From Paramecium tetraurelia (lineage: Eukaryota), in NCBI GenBank assembly GCA_000165425.1, contig CT868023.1:186001-250000 (forward strand): a stretch of DNA of 64,000 nt, given 5' to 3'. The position numbers were made by a program, and so were the translations under genes. The notes beneath the pieces are model-generated. The model made no database searches. It had not been told where the DNA came from and was given only the letters and a program-made list of their open reading frames with translations. Within the stretch, counting starts at the first letter, position 1. Every line of letters starts with the position of its first letter. Shown here piece after piece: positions 1-11,275 of the stretch.

Positions 1-491
1 AGTATTGCCAAAACCTTTGATTTGCAGCAACAGTATTTGTGCAAACAAATCTATGACAATGTCATGGATAGAGGTCTATCTATAACAATCACTAAAATCA
101 GAAACATCCTTCTAACTGAAATGAACAACTCCCAATCATTTACTTATAGAATCAATCCCCCGTTTAATGAAATAGAAATTGGAATTTATTTGAGTGTGAT
201 TATTATGAATGTCTTGCAAACTATAAAAACAGGACTCTCAGAATAGGCTGATCAACTAAATATGACCATTTAGGTAATTCTAGAATCTTATTTTAGATTG
301 TTTCCATTATATATTTAGTGTTCACTTTTCTAAAAATAGGGTTAATCCTGTTATTTGTTAGAGGCCATTACTTGAACGAATTTTAAAATGTTAAGAAATT
401 AACCATCTTATTACCATAGGCTGCATTATTCATTGATGACTTATTTGAAAGGCAATTAAGATAGCTGATTGCAAAAGAAAATCTCGTCTGA
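1..491 (+). CDS. 3' end of a membrane protein, possibly TmcB/TmcC (PAS/TM)-like; 5' partial
   Basis: Frame 1 is open with TAR=Gln. A 23-nt intron at 274-296 restores the frame into a TM helix (IVSIIYLVFTFLKIGLILLFV) and the tail KKLTILLPQAALFIDDLFERQLRQLIAKENLV-TGA(489-491). The family call rests on tail resemblance only. Confidence 0.6.
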
Positions 492-634
492 ACAAATAAT
501 AATTAAAATATTTAATGTATATTATATTATCTTATTATTAACGTTGGATATTATCTCATGACGGAATCAAAGGACTAAAACATTTTAAATAAGCTTCTAA
601 TATTAAATTGTTTAAATAAAAGTAGATAAAAATG

Positions 635-865
635 TCATTGTTAATGCATAGTTGAATCGTATGACATGTCACAATTTGCTATGTTCTAAAGTTTATCTAA
701 TTTAATTGGTTCTACATCAACGATCATAGTTGGATGCAATTGATGGACAATTTGATATCTATACATCAATAATATCAAAATCATCAAAATTATTATAGCT
801 CCAGATTATATAATGATAATAGCAAAACACTCTGTCGGTATTTAAGAGCACAAATCCACTCCCAT
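635..865 (-). CDS. small single-pass membrane protein, 76 aa
   Basis: MGVDLCSQIPTECFAIIIIQSGAIIILMILILLMYRYQ...MHQQ-TGA. Intronless, one hydrophobic helix, flanked by AT-rich spacers. Confidence 0.6.
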
Positions 866-1025
866 TCAAAGTTTCTCAAATTAAAAAAAATAAAATTATT
901 TTATATTAGCAGCACAATCATTATTTATTAAAACAAACTACAATAATTGTTATTTTTTCAATCATTTTGATGACTTTCTGAAATATTGACCTTTTATTAT
1001 TGTATCCAAACAATAGTTAAAAAAA

Positions 1026-2520
1026 ATGGATTGGTTGTGTTGTCAATTATTAATTGAAGAAACAGAATGATAAATATAGATATATCCCAATCTCACATTC
1101 TATGAAATTAATAATAATTTTCATATTATTATTAAACTAAGAACTATAGAATGTGATAAAAATAATTTATGATGTTAATTAAAACATGAACTAACTTGTT
1201 TAAGCTATGATATACTACTTTTTTGCCTTAAATTCTACATTTGAAGATCTTTCTTTTGACAATTAGAACTAAAGACTTTAAGAAGAGTTCATTTTTTGTG
1301 TAAACCTATCTTATTTTTAAATGTAAAACAGATTTATTTTTCCTCCTCCTTCAATATAAACATCATATTTGATGATAAAATCTTCATGTTCATTGAGTTT
1401 ATTGGATTTTTGAACAATTAGTTCTTTTTGTGGAAACTTGATTATCAAACATGAAATCAGAAAGGATTAACTATAAATGATGAAAGAACTTTTAGAAGTA
1501 TTCCACTTAGTATAACTAATCATTTATGCACTAACATAGCATTTAAGTTCCATTTTGATAATTTAGAATATAAGACTTGAAGAATATAATTTTTTCATGT
1601 ACTTAAATTAGACTGTCTTATTTGACTGATAACTCATTATCTGTATTTAAATCATTTAGAAATTATAGTTTTTACAAGACTACTTAGTTATTTTTTTGAA
1701 TGTCCATAGAACATAACTTTATTTCTTATATTTGAAGTTCATTTATTAGTTAAGAAAAAAGTATTTATAATTGATTTAATGTAATTGAGATGATGTTTTG
1801 TTGGAGTATTGCTACTTTACATGTTGATTAATTAACATAATTTTCAATATGTAATTTGAAATCAATATGCCTATTTACAATTTCTCTTAAAAAATGAATT
1901 GAATTAGATAAATTAAGTTGTTAATCTAATTGAAAATGAATGGCATAAAAATATTGTTTATTATAATTGCAATTCTAAAAATATATTTATTTATAATATA
2001 AAATTGTGTATTTAGAAGATGGATTTTATAATCCATTCTACCCCTTAAATTTGGGGAATCCCAATGATTTAAGAAAATAGGATTAAGTTTATGTTTAATT
2101 TGAGGTGAAAAAGGGATTATTTACTATAAAAATATGTTAGCGTTGACCATTTTTCGTAGTTGTGAAATCTTAATCGAAAAAGTGTTAATTTGTACTATCC
2201 TAATAGCAAATAAAACTGCCAATGCTGGATTGGTGAAAGGAATAGAAAGAATTGTCAAAATAATATAAACTGTTAAGCATTAATAGATAAAATATATAAT
2301 TTAAAATATACTAGTAAATTTTGCATTCTCAGTCTAAATTCTAACTATATAAAAAATTTAATTTTGTAAGTATATTTAGAGTAAGACGAGAAAAACACAC
2401 ATAATTACTGATCAGGAGTGTAGGAGATAAAGATTATCAAATTATCGGAGAGCTTTGGTTGGCAGTTTTTTTTTTTGAAAATCAATAATTTTGTTGTTTT
2501 GTGAAGTATAAAGTTCTTTT
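1026..2520 (+). pseudogene. probable decayed gene
   Basis: ATG at 1026 (MDWLCCQLLIEETE) is followed by protein-like segments broken by several TGA codons and frameshifts. No clean intron model was found. Boundaries are approximate. Confidence 0.35.
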
Positions 2521-2807
2521 GAAAATGCGACCTAATGAGTTGTGATGGACAAAAAGAGTAAATATGGAATAAAAGTACGTTAATTGAGTTAGGAAATAAC
2601 AGATTGTGGTAAGACTAAGTAGTGAGTAAGTAAATAGTTTTGTAAGTCAGATAAATATGTATTATTTTTAATTTGAATAACCTACTAACTTCGAAATTTA
2701 GGTAGAGTGACTTATACATTACCGTTTTATTCTGTTTTATACTTATACTTCCTTTGGGATTTAAATACAACTTAACAACATAAATAAATAATTAATTATT
2801 TTTTTAC

Positions 2808-3924
2808 ATGATCAAGAAGAGGATTAGTAAAGATTAAAATAATTGCTAAAAATACAAAAATTCTAATAAATCTAGAAAATATTGGACTGAGGAGGAAGAT
2901 AATATTTTAAAATCAACAGTTTAGTTGCATGGATCAGATTGGAAGTTGATTGCTGAGTATTTGGATGGGCGAAATGCCAGTTAATGTGCTTAGAGATGGA
3001 AAAGAGTCAAGCCTGACGATGTAATTTTGAATTTCTACGATTGTTAGGGAGAAAAAAATCAAAAATGGACACCTGAAGAAGATGAAGAAGTTAAGAGGTT
3101 AACGAAAGAATATAGGTTTGATTGGAAGGTGATTGCTCGTTTTCTCTCAAATAGAACTGGAAGGCAAATTAGAGAACGCTATATAAATCATCTTGACCCA
3201 CATATAAACACCAAGGCATGGAGTTAATAAGAAGATTTAAAAATATGGACCTTATACAAAAAGATAGGATCCAGATGGTCTGAGATGGCAAAGAAACTAA
3301 GAGGAAGGCCAGTAAAATTTTAGTTTATTCCCTTTTTAGGAGAACATGATTAAGAATAGATTTTATGGATATATAAGAAAGAATTATGCCAAGCAAGAAA
3401 ATCCTTATTATATAGTACCAAATCAAAGGAGACAACTCACTAAAGAGGATGATCAAGTTGAACTTTTACAAAATCAAAATACTCTTGAAACAGGTATTGA
3501 AGATATTGAACCACAAATCATCGAACAAATTTAATAAAATAAATCAATATAATAATAGGAGGAATAATCTTAATCCGGCATGCATTCCATATTGCAATCA
3601 CTATAATCTGATAAGCCCAACTTCAGTGTGATTAGCAATCTTCACGATGCCCAATAGTTAGAACAATTTCATAAAATGTTCATAGAATCATCAGAAAATG
3701 AGTTTGCAAAACTTGATCATCTTCCTGCTCATTTTTCATCGATTGAAAGCCATATTCACAGTTAAGCTAATAGTCATAACTAATTTAATTACACTCCTCG
3801 AAGAGACGAGGAGAATGATAATTTCCTAAATCAATTTTTATAAGTTGACGGTTCCTGTATGCCTGTTGCAATGAGAGCCGATATATTTGAAGAGTTTTCA
3901 AAATTCTCCTAATTGGAGTATTGA
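2808..3924 (+). CDS. three-repeat (R1R2R3) Myb transcription factor
   Basis: Three repeats: WTEEED..DWKLIA..RNASQCAQRW; WTPEED..WKVIA..RTGRQIRERY; WSQQED..SRWSEMAKKLRGRPENMIKNRFY. Introns at 3021-3047 and 3312-3339. TGA at 3922-3924. Confidence 0.93.
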
Positions 3925-4148
3925 ATTCCCCAAACATAGACCATGATTACAAATCGAGTCATTTAAATTATATTTATATATTTATAGTTAATTCAAATAG
4001 AATGAGTATTAGAAATCAATTCATAATAAATTTATTTTCGATTCCAATATAATACTGCTTTTCCTGCTGGAATTTCAAATTTTATTTGAAATTTGTGTAT
4101 ACGATGGTATTACAAATACTGAAATAATATATTTTAATCTAATTTAAA

Positions 4149-5401
4149 ATGAATTAATCAGAAACATGTTATGATTCAGATTTATTTGTAAATGAATAAT
4201 TGACCGGCTTAACCTGTCCAATAGGGTTGGGAGTTCTTAGAAATCCAGTTTTTGATTAGTGTGGACATGTATTTTGTTATGGATGCATCACGGATTGGCT
4301 CAAAAAATAGAAGCTATGTCCCATCAACAAGCAGCCATTAAATGAAAATTAATTAATTAAAGCAATACCCATTAAAAATATGATTGATGAACTAGAATTG
4401 AAATAGTGTTTATTGAAGTGTAATTGGAAGGGATCCTTAGACAAATATTGGACACACGATGAAAAAGAATGTCCTGAAAAATAGTTGAATTGCTCCAATA
4501 AAAATTGTAATGTGGTGATGAAAAGAGCATCTCTTCAATAGCATATAGAGCATGAATGTGAACATTAATAAATTAAGTGCGAAAAGTGTTAAGAAATTTT
4601 AATTAGATCTAATTAGAATCAACATTCAGAGGTTTGTCAAGGCAGAATGATTAAATGTGAAGATTGCTTAAAGGAAATAGTATTTATGGATTATAATGAT
4701 CATTAAACGATATGTCCTTAAAAGTATTAATTATCCATTTATTATAGAAAAATTTAATGTCCAATTGAAGGTTGCAGTGAGAAAATCAAGGAAGTCAACT
4801 TAGAAGAACATGTATCTAATTTTAAGCATTTCCTAATACTTTAATAATAAATTAAACACTTAAAAGATGAGTTGGCTTTGACTAATAAAAAGATGGATAG
4901 CCAGCAAATCCCATATTTGGATGGATGGAGGACATCTTTGTCTAAGAGTGTTGAAAGTAGAGAGTGGCTATCAGTAAATTCGATGCATAAAATAAAAGCC
5001 CCATTTTGTTTGCGATTCGAGGCTTTGAATATTAATAAACGACCTAATCAATGGAGAGCAGTGATAGGGGTATCTCAAGAGAAGCTAAAGAATAATCATT
5101 TATGGTATAGACAACAAAATGTAATCGAATTTATAATAATATTCAGTCTTTCGTGTGGATATTTGGAGGTTTTAAATGCAGTAGTCAAGCAGAAAAGTAT
5201 GGTAATGAAGTGCAAGATGAGAATTTTCAGGCTAAGATGGTATTGAATCAATAGGGCGAACTCTCTTTTGAGCACTCTGGAATTGACATGGGTGTTGCAT
5301 TTGTGTTGCCAAAGGAAGTCTTTGCAGATGGCATGTATTTGATCGTTTCTATAATTAATCAAGGAGAAATCAGATTGCTGTCACTGGATAGATTAGTTTG
5401 A
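4149..5401 (+). CDS. RING finger + TRAF-type zinc fingers + SPRY-like C-terminal domain (E3 ligase)
   Basis: CPIGLGVLRNPVFDQCGHVFCYGCITDWLKKQKLCPINK, then repeated H-x3-C..C-x2-C TRAF fingers, a coiled coil and a beta-rich C-terminus (AVIGVS...GELSFEHSGIDMGVAF). Introns near 4724 and 5121. Confidence 0.85.
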
Positions 5402-5515
5402 TATTTTCATTCATTTTAAAAATGGCAATAATCACATGGCTCTCTTTATTATCGGTAATAAGACTGGTATTCTGTGACTCTCCTTTGAATAATAATAATA
5501 TAAAAATAATTATTG

Positions 5516-6888
5516 ATGAAATCGATTACGAATTTATTATCTTCCTTGGTTTCGAAGTAACATACACCATTTGTGCAAAAATTGAATAGTTGTTCCATAA
5601 TGTAGAATAATCCTATAATTTTGATGACAGATATATTGTATTTGATAGAATGCTTTGAAGGGTTTGGTCCAGAATGCAATGGAATTTATCTTACAGGGTA
5701 AGAATACTTGCAATAGTTTTTCAAAGCGATCACCAATAAACCAATGAATGGCTTCATTGCTATTAAAATTACTTTAACTATCCATTTAATTCTCTACGAA
5801 TTCTAAATTGGAGATTCTATTGCAGATGAAATGGTAAAAGAAGGGTCATCACTTCGCATTCAAGAAAATCAACAATTCAGTAATTTTGTTTAAAACTATC
5901 TCATGTATTTGTTGAAACTAGCATAAAATTTAAAATTGTTTTACGCCTGTAAAATAGGGCAATATCCAATCTTTGACTAAGATTAAACCTACACACAATG
6001 TTCAGAGAATACAAGAGATCAATAGTTTCAATAATTTCAAATTTTGAAAAAGAACAATAATTTCAGAGATACCAATTTGCAATACAGAAATTATCAACAA
6101 AAGAAGCTAGAGTTGCATATGCAATAGTAAACAGGGTGCATAACAATAGAACAGAAGATACTATATCTATTTAAATTGCACAACTTGTTGAATCAATGCA
6201 TTCAGATTTTGAATATTTGCATAAACACTTTAAAACAATTAGAAAATCAAGATTGCAAAAATATATTCATTGAGATTAGCTGCGTTCTTTGGAATGATTG
6301 CATGGTAATGTACAAATTTGCTACACAAGAAGTACTATCATCATCTGATAATTTTAGTTGTGCAAACTACTTGATTCTTTTAGATTCATGCCCCTGCAAC
6401 AATTGCTGTCGATCCAACAGATATATTGGGTTACGATCAACTCTTCCACTCAAATTAAATATTTATATAACAATAGAAAGTATTTTGACTAGTAAAACAT
6501 TGTTAAATAACCATTTTGGTTCGAAGAAAATAAAAAGCTGTCTCAAGAAATTCAAAACAGTATCATCGATAACAAAATGCTACAAATACCAGATTCAACT
6601 AGGAATGTAAATAAAGTATCCACCCCTCAAGCGTGTTAGAACCAAAAGTCACCAACCAATATTGCTTAACCATTCACTTCAAGAATCGGGAATTCTTAAA
6701 ACTCAACCAAAACTACAATCCCCCTCCAACCCTACTTCATAGCCAATAAAAAGTTATCGCAACAACCCTAACAGTTTGAAACCTAACAACCTATGAGCAC
6801 AAGGGCAAAAAACTTTGTTGGAAGTATATTTTCCGATGAATAATTAACTCTTTCTCCAAGAGAATCTACAAAATAATAACAACAATGA
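5516..6888 (+). CDS. ANTH/ENTH-domain protein (clathrin adaptor-like)
   Basis: MKSITNLLSSLV...FIAIKITLTIHLILYE...FVQNYLMYLLKLA matches the ANTH helix pattern. A 26-nt intron at 6332-6357 precedes a low-complexity S/P/Q tail. TGA at 6886-6888. Confidence 0.75.
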
Positions 6889-6960
6889 TAATTATTATTT
6901 AAATGATACTTTATTTATAGTAACATAGTATTTAATAATATAATTTAACTTAGTTTAAAG

Positions 6961-9757
6961 TCATAAAAATTTGTCAATGTGATGAACTTCTTAACTTCTA
7001 TCAGATGATTTGGATGACTAAGAACTAGAATCCTCTTAGTCATCGAATTTATCTGATTAAAATCGCAAGAGTTTCCTCTTTTAAACTCTTTTCTACATTT
7101 TCTTTAGATCATTCTAATAATCCTTATCCAAGTTTTTATGGTACTTCTTCTTCCATTTTACCAAGTCCTCCAGCTCTTAATCTAGTAATTTCTATTGCTC
7201 AGCCTATGAATTGTTATTATATAAATATTACAGCTGGATTAGATACTTTCATTCCCTTAGGCAACAACTACTTTCTTTCCTCCTTCCATTGCTCTAGTTC
7301 ATCATTTATTAACTGTTATTTTTGCTCCTTCTCATATCTCTACTTACGTCTATACTTGCTAATTGAAGCTGAAGACTTAGTTTTAATAATATTTGGACGA
7401 GAACTCTTAAGAATACTATTTAATCTATTATCTATGTCAGCAATCTTTTATTTCCCCTTTATATTTGACTAATTTTCAGAATCTAACATTGTGCAATCAA
7501 CTGTTCTATGAGTTATCGATAGATTAGTCTAACATGGAATAGTTGGGACAAAGGATTTTTTTCTTGAAGCTACGATATTTTCAAAAACTGTGTGAAGTCT
7601 TTCAAAATTAGGTAAACTCTTTGCTCTGAACTTTTCAAAACTCTCTGGCTTATATTTCTTCTTATTCTGAACCCTTTTAAGGGATTTTCTAATCTCTTCC
7701 CTCTCTAAAGTTTTCTATAATTAGGTTGAATTTGCGAAATAATCAGCCCATTATGCTTTTTTCTTTTCTACATTGCTCTTCGATCTGGATCTCTGCTCTT
7801 CCATTATCATTTTAAATCTTGGATCTCTTGTGCTATCTGGTACAGGTCGAGACATGAATTTGAATTCAATATCTTCTTCTGGTGGCAATATTTGTTTCTT
7901 CTGTTTTTCAAAGCTTTTAGGTTCCATCATACTTTGCATTAATCGAGCTTTGCTCTCCTCTTTTATTCTTTCCCTTCTCTCCTCTCTCTCCCTATTCAAT
8001 TGATCATACAAAGGTTCCTTAACATACCATGGCACTGGATTAGCTTAAAACCGAGTATTGAGCTCTTTTAATAAATCTTTCTCCTTGTCTATTAACATCT
8101 TTTCAACTTCCTTCTACCTAATGGATTTCGCTTAATTTTCATTTTCCTTCCTACCATCAGGTACTGTAATTAAAAAAAATCCATTATCAATTTTATTTAT
8201 AGCTCCAAACTTTGTGTTTTCAACAGGGTTCTCCTTCTACTTCTTATTTAGAGTGTATTATTGCTTTAATTTCTAACTCAATATCAAAGGACGACCTCTT
8301 ATGGTGAAGAAATCTATAAGTTCATCTAAATCGATGTATTCATCTGCCTCTTGCAATATTCGATTAAGAGTTTCCTCTACAGTTTCTATAGGTAATTGAT
8401 TGGTTTTTTCTCTTCTGACTCTCAATTTGAAGAATTTCCTTGAAAAGTCTTCATTGGCAATCAAATTATCAACGACCAATTTCTTTTATGAAAATCTTTC
8501 ATTGCTCTTCCTTATTTGATTGAAAATCTTTTCCAATTCACTAAAGAAATTGGATTAAAGCGATATTTCTTCATTCTCAAACAATTTATCATACTTCCTC
8601 TTTTTTGATATCTACGATGATTTTAAGATTATAAATTTGTTTGGTATCTCAAATAATTAATTTTGCCATTCCCTAAAATAAGATTTGGATATGGATTCCA
8701 AATCTAATCTTTAACAATACACTTCAAATTCATATAGCCACTTTTCAAATGGTATATTTTTATTAATTTCTTTAAACGAAATAAAAGTATCAAACAGCTT
8801 TATTCTTGTTTCATATCTCGTCCTAATTGAAGCGATTAGTTTTAGAGGATTCACTTTTTCTTCGCAATCTAAATTGAATTCATCATAAACTTTTAGCAAT
8901 ATTGATTTCTATGATTCCTCGAATTCCTAAATTCCTTTAACAGGCTTCAACAAATTCAAGTCGTAATTATCCTTTATAATTAGGATCTTGGGATATAATG
9001 TGAAGTTAATAAATTCCTCTAATGTTATTTCTTCCTCAAATTAAGTGGGAAATTCATTCAATTAATCTTCTAGCAAATTCTTGTTAATGTTATAAGCATC
9101 ACAAAACTTCCTATTCTCCAACATGTATGAGCATAATACTGATTTAGGAATGGACTTATTTGGGTATTCCAAAAATTAATTATAAAAATGTGTGACAATT
9201 ACAAAGTCATCAGGCGAAGGAGTGGGGATTTCGAAATCGGGATTGAATGAGGCAGGTAACAATATGTCCTTTGGTCTTGCCTAAGGATATGAGTGCTTTT
9301 TTTTCAATCTCTCCTGAGCATTTAAATCTCGACGTTATTTTGCAGTAAAGGCAATTTGCAAATTAACATCGTGGTCAAGCAATTCATCTTCACTTTTTTG
9401 TTCTTTGTCTTTGAGATATTTAAAAAATTTAATGAAATCTGGTTTCTTCATCTTTTTTTCAATTTCTTCCAATTCAATTGTCTCTCTCTTTGATATTAGA
9501 TAATGATTGAACTAAGTAAGATAGTTGTGTCGTTTTCCGATTTCGCAATCCCAAATATTCAAGAAATCAAATAATTCCCTTGTTTTCAATTTTTTAGGAG
9601 GCTTGGGTTATTCTTTTTTTGGCTTGGGTTTCTAGTAAATTTAAAAGTTTCTATAATTCTTTTCTTTCTTTATTGTCTTCTCAGTGTCCTCTAAATAATT
9701 TGGATTTCTCTAATTAATAATTGAAGGATGACATACTTCTGCATGGGGAATTAACAT
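6961..9757 (-). CDS. FAM161 (UPF0564) family basal-body/cilium protein with N-terminal EF-hand-like repeats
   Basis: ITVP...KSIRQKEVEKML...FQANPVPWYVKEPLYDQLNREREERRERIKE...FMSRPVP...FRAKSLPNFERLH are FAM161-type motifs. Upstream repeats such as EEEITLEEFINF and DEYIDLDELIDFF look EF-hand-like. The start and first intron are inferred. Confidence 0.8.
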
Positions 9758-9909
9758 ATTCGTTATAAAATTGATTTTGATTATTTATATTAATATTTAA
9801 ATTAGTTATATTATTATATTTGTTGGTCATCCTATTTAACTATCTCTTACACGTAAATAAATAATAATAGACCATTGTTGACAAATTTTTAATAATTTTT
9901 GTATATGAT

Positions 9910-10869
9910 TCATTTTTATCCAAGTTTGTGTCTTAGAGATTACAAATCAATTTCTAGCTGTTGAATTTTTAGATCTTTATCATCGTTTAAACTTTGTTTT
10001 TCTTTTATTGATGATTTTTATATTTTTATATCATTTTTTAACTTCTCAACCTCTTGAGCACTGTCTTTATTTTATTATTCTAATTCTTAGACTTTTTAAG
10101 CGTATTATTGCATATACTAAGAAGCTTATGAACCATACATTTGATACGATTAACAGACTTCATTTAATTAGCTTGAAATTTATGTAATCTAAGTCTAATA
10201 TTAATAGATTTCTTATTGAGCTAATTAAGCTTATTATTAAAAAGCCTCTTAATATTTTTTCTCTTATTCTAATTTTTCATCTTGAATACTTTTGATTTTT
10301 AAATTCAGATTTTCAATATCTTTTTTTTATTGATTTATTTAGTTATTCAATTCAAGAATCTATTTTTCAAATTTTACTTTATCATTAGTAGCCTATTATT
10401 TTGTTTATTGAAATTCATTTTCTAAATTCTATATATATTACTACATTTTTTGAGTTTGACTTACCTTCTCATTTTAAACATCTTCCATAGTGTTCTAATA
10501 TTAAGATTTAATTTATTCAAATTGTAATTTCTTGTCCTCCTCTAATTATAAATTTATTTAATTTAATCTTTGTATTTCTTCATTTGCATAATTTTTCAAT
10601 TTTTCATTTTCCTATAAGAGAAATTGATTTTATTTAAATAGGGTGTTTGAATCAAAAACCCTAAATTATGTTTTATTTTAATATTTCTAAGCTAAATTGG
10701 TTTAGCTATAAACTTAATCATTATCATCTACAATAATTAAATGGTCAAAAGGAATAGTTAATTCCTTTTCTGAAACTTGTCTCTTAAAGTCCATCATATT
10801 TTATAAACAAGTGATTTTAACCATCTGACCATTGGTTGTTTGTACTTCGAATGTGTATGTATTTATCAT
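9910..10869 (-). CDS. coiled-coil protein with a possible ubiquitin-like N-terminus
   Basis: MINTYTFEVQTTNGQMVKITC..DFKRQVSEKELTIPFDHL, then Q/E/K-rich heptads. Intron at about 10441-10464. Ends LQSLRHKLGQK-TGA. Confidence 0.7.
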
Positions 10870-11275
10870 GATTTAGAAATGATATTAAAAAATAAAAATA
10901 TTTATAATACAATAATTCTATAGAAGAAAATTAAATATCTCATTTATTTAAAAAGGAAACATAATAAATAGGTTGAGAATACGGGAACATAATTTAATTA
11001 CAATAATTATTGTTTTTTCTATTAAATTAAATTTCTTAATTCATTAGGAATAACATTATCAAATAAAAATAGTAATAGTCATTATTATAAATGAAATTCA
11101 ATGATAATGTAAAGATAATTTAAAAAACATACATATTAGATAATTTTTGGAAAACACTCTATAGAAATATATAGCCTGTAGTTTATAAGTCGATGAACAT
11201 GTGACAAATGTGTAATAGAATATTGATTAAATTTTGAGAATAAGAATATTTAAATAATGATAATGATTTTTAGAT

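Noticed and set aside
1026..1560. In-frame TGA codons as selenocysteine or readthrough
   Set aside because: They come with frameshifts, and no redox motif or SECIS element was recognised. Decay is the simpler explanation.
5398..5589. Track ORF resembling a signal-peptide protein
   Set aside because: It is in the wrong frame. The ANTH gene starts at 5516 in another frame, and this one soon hits TGA.
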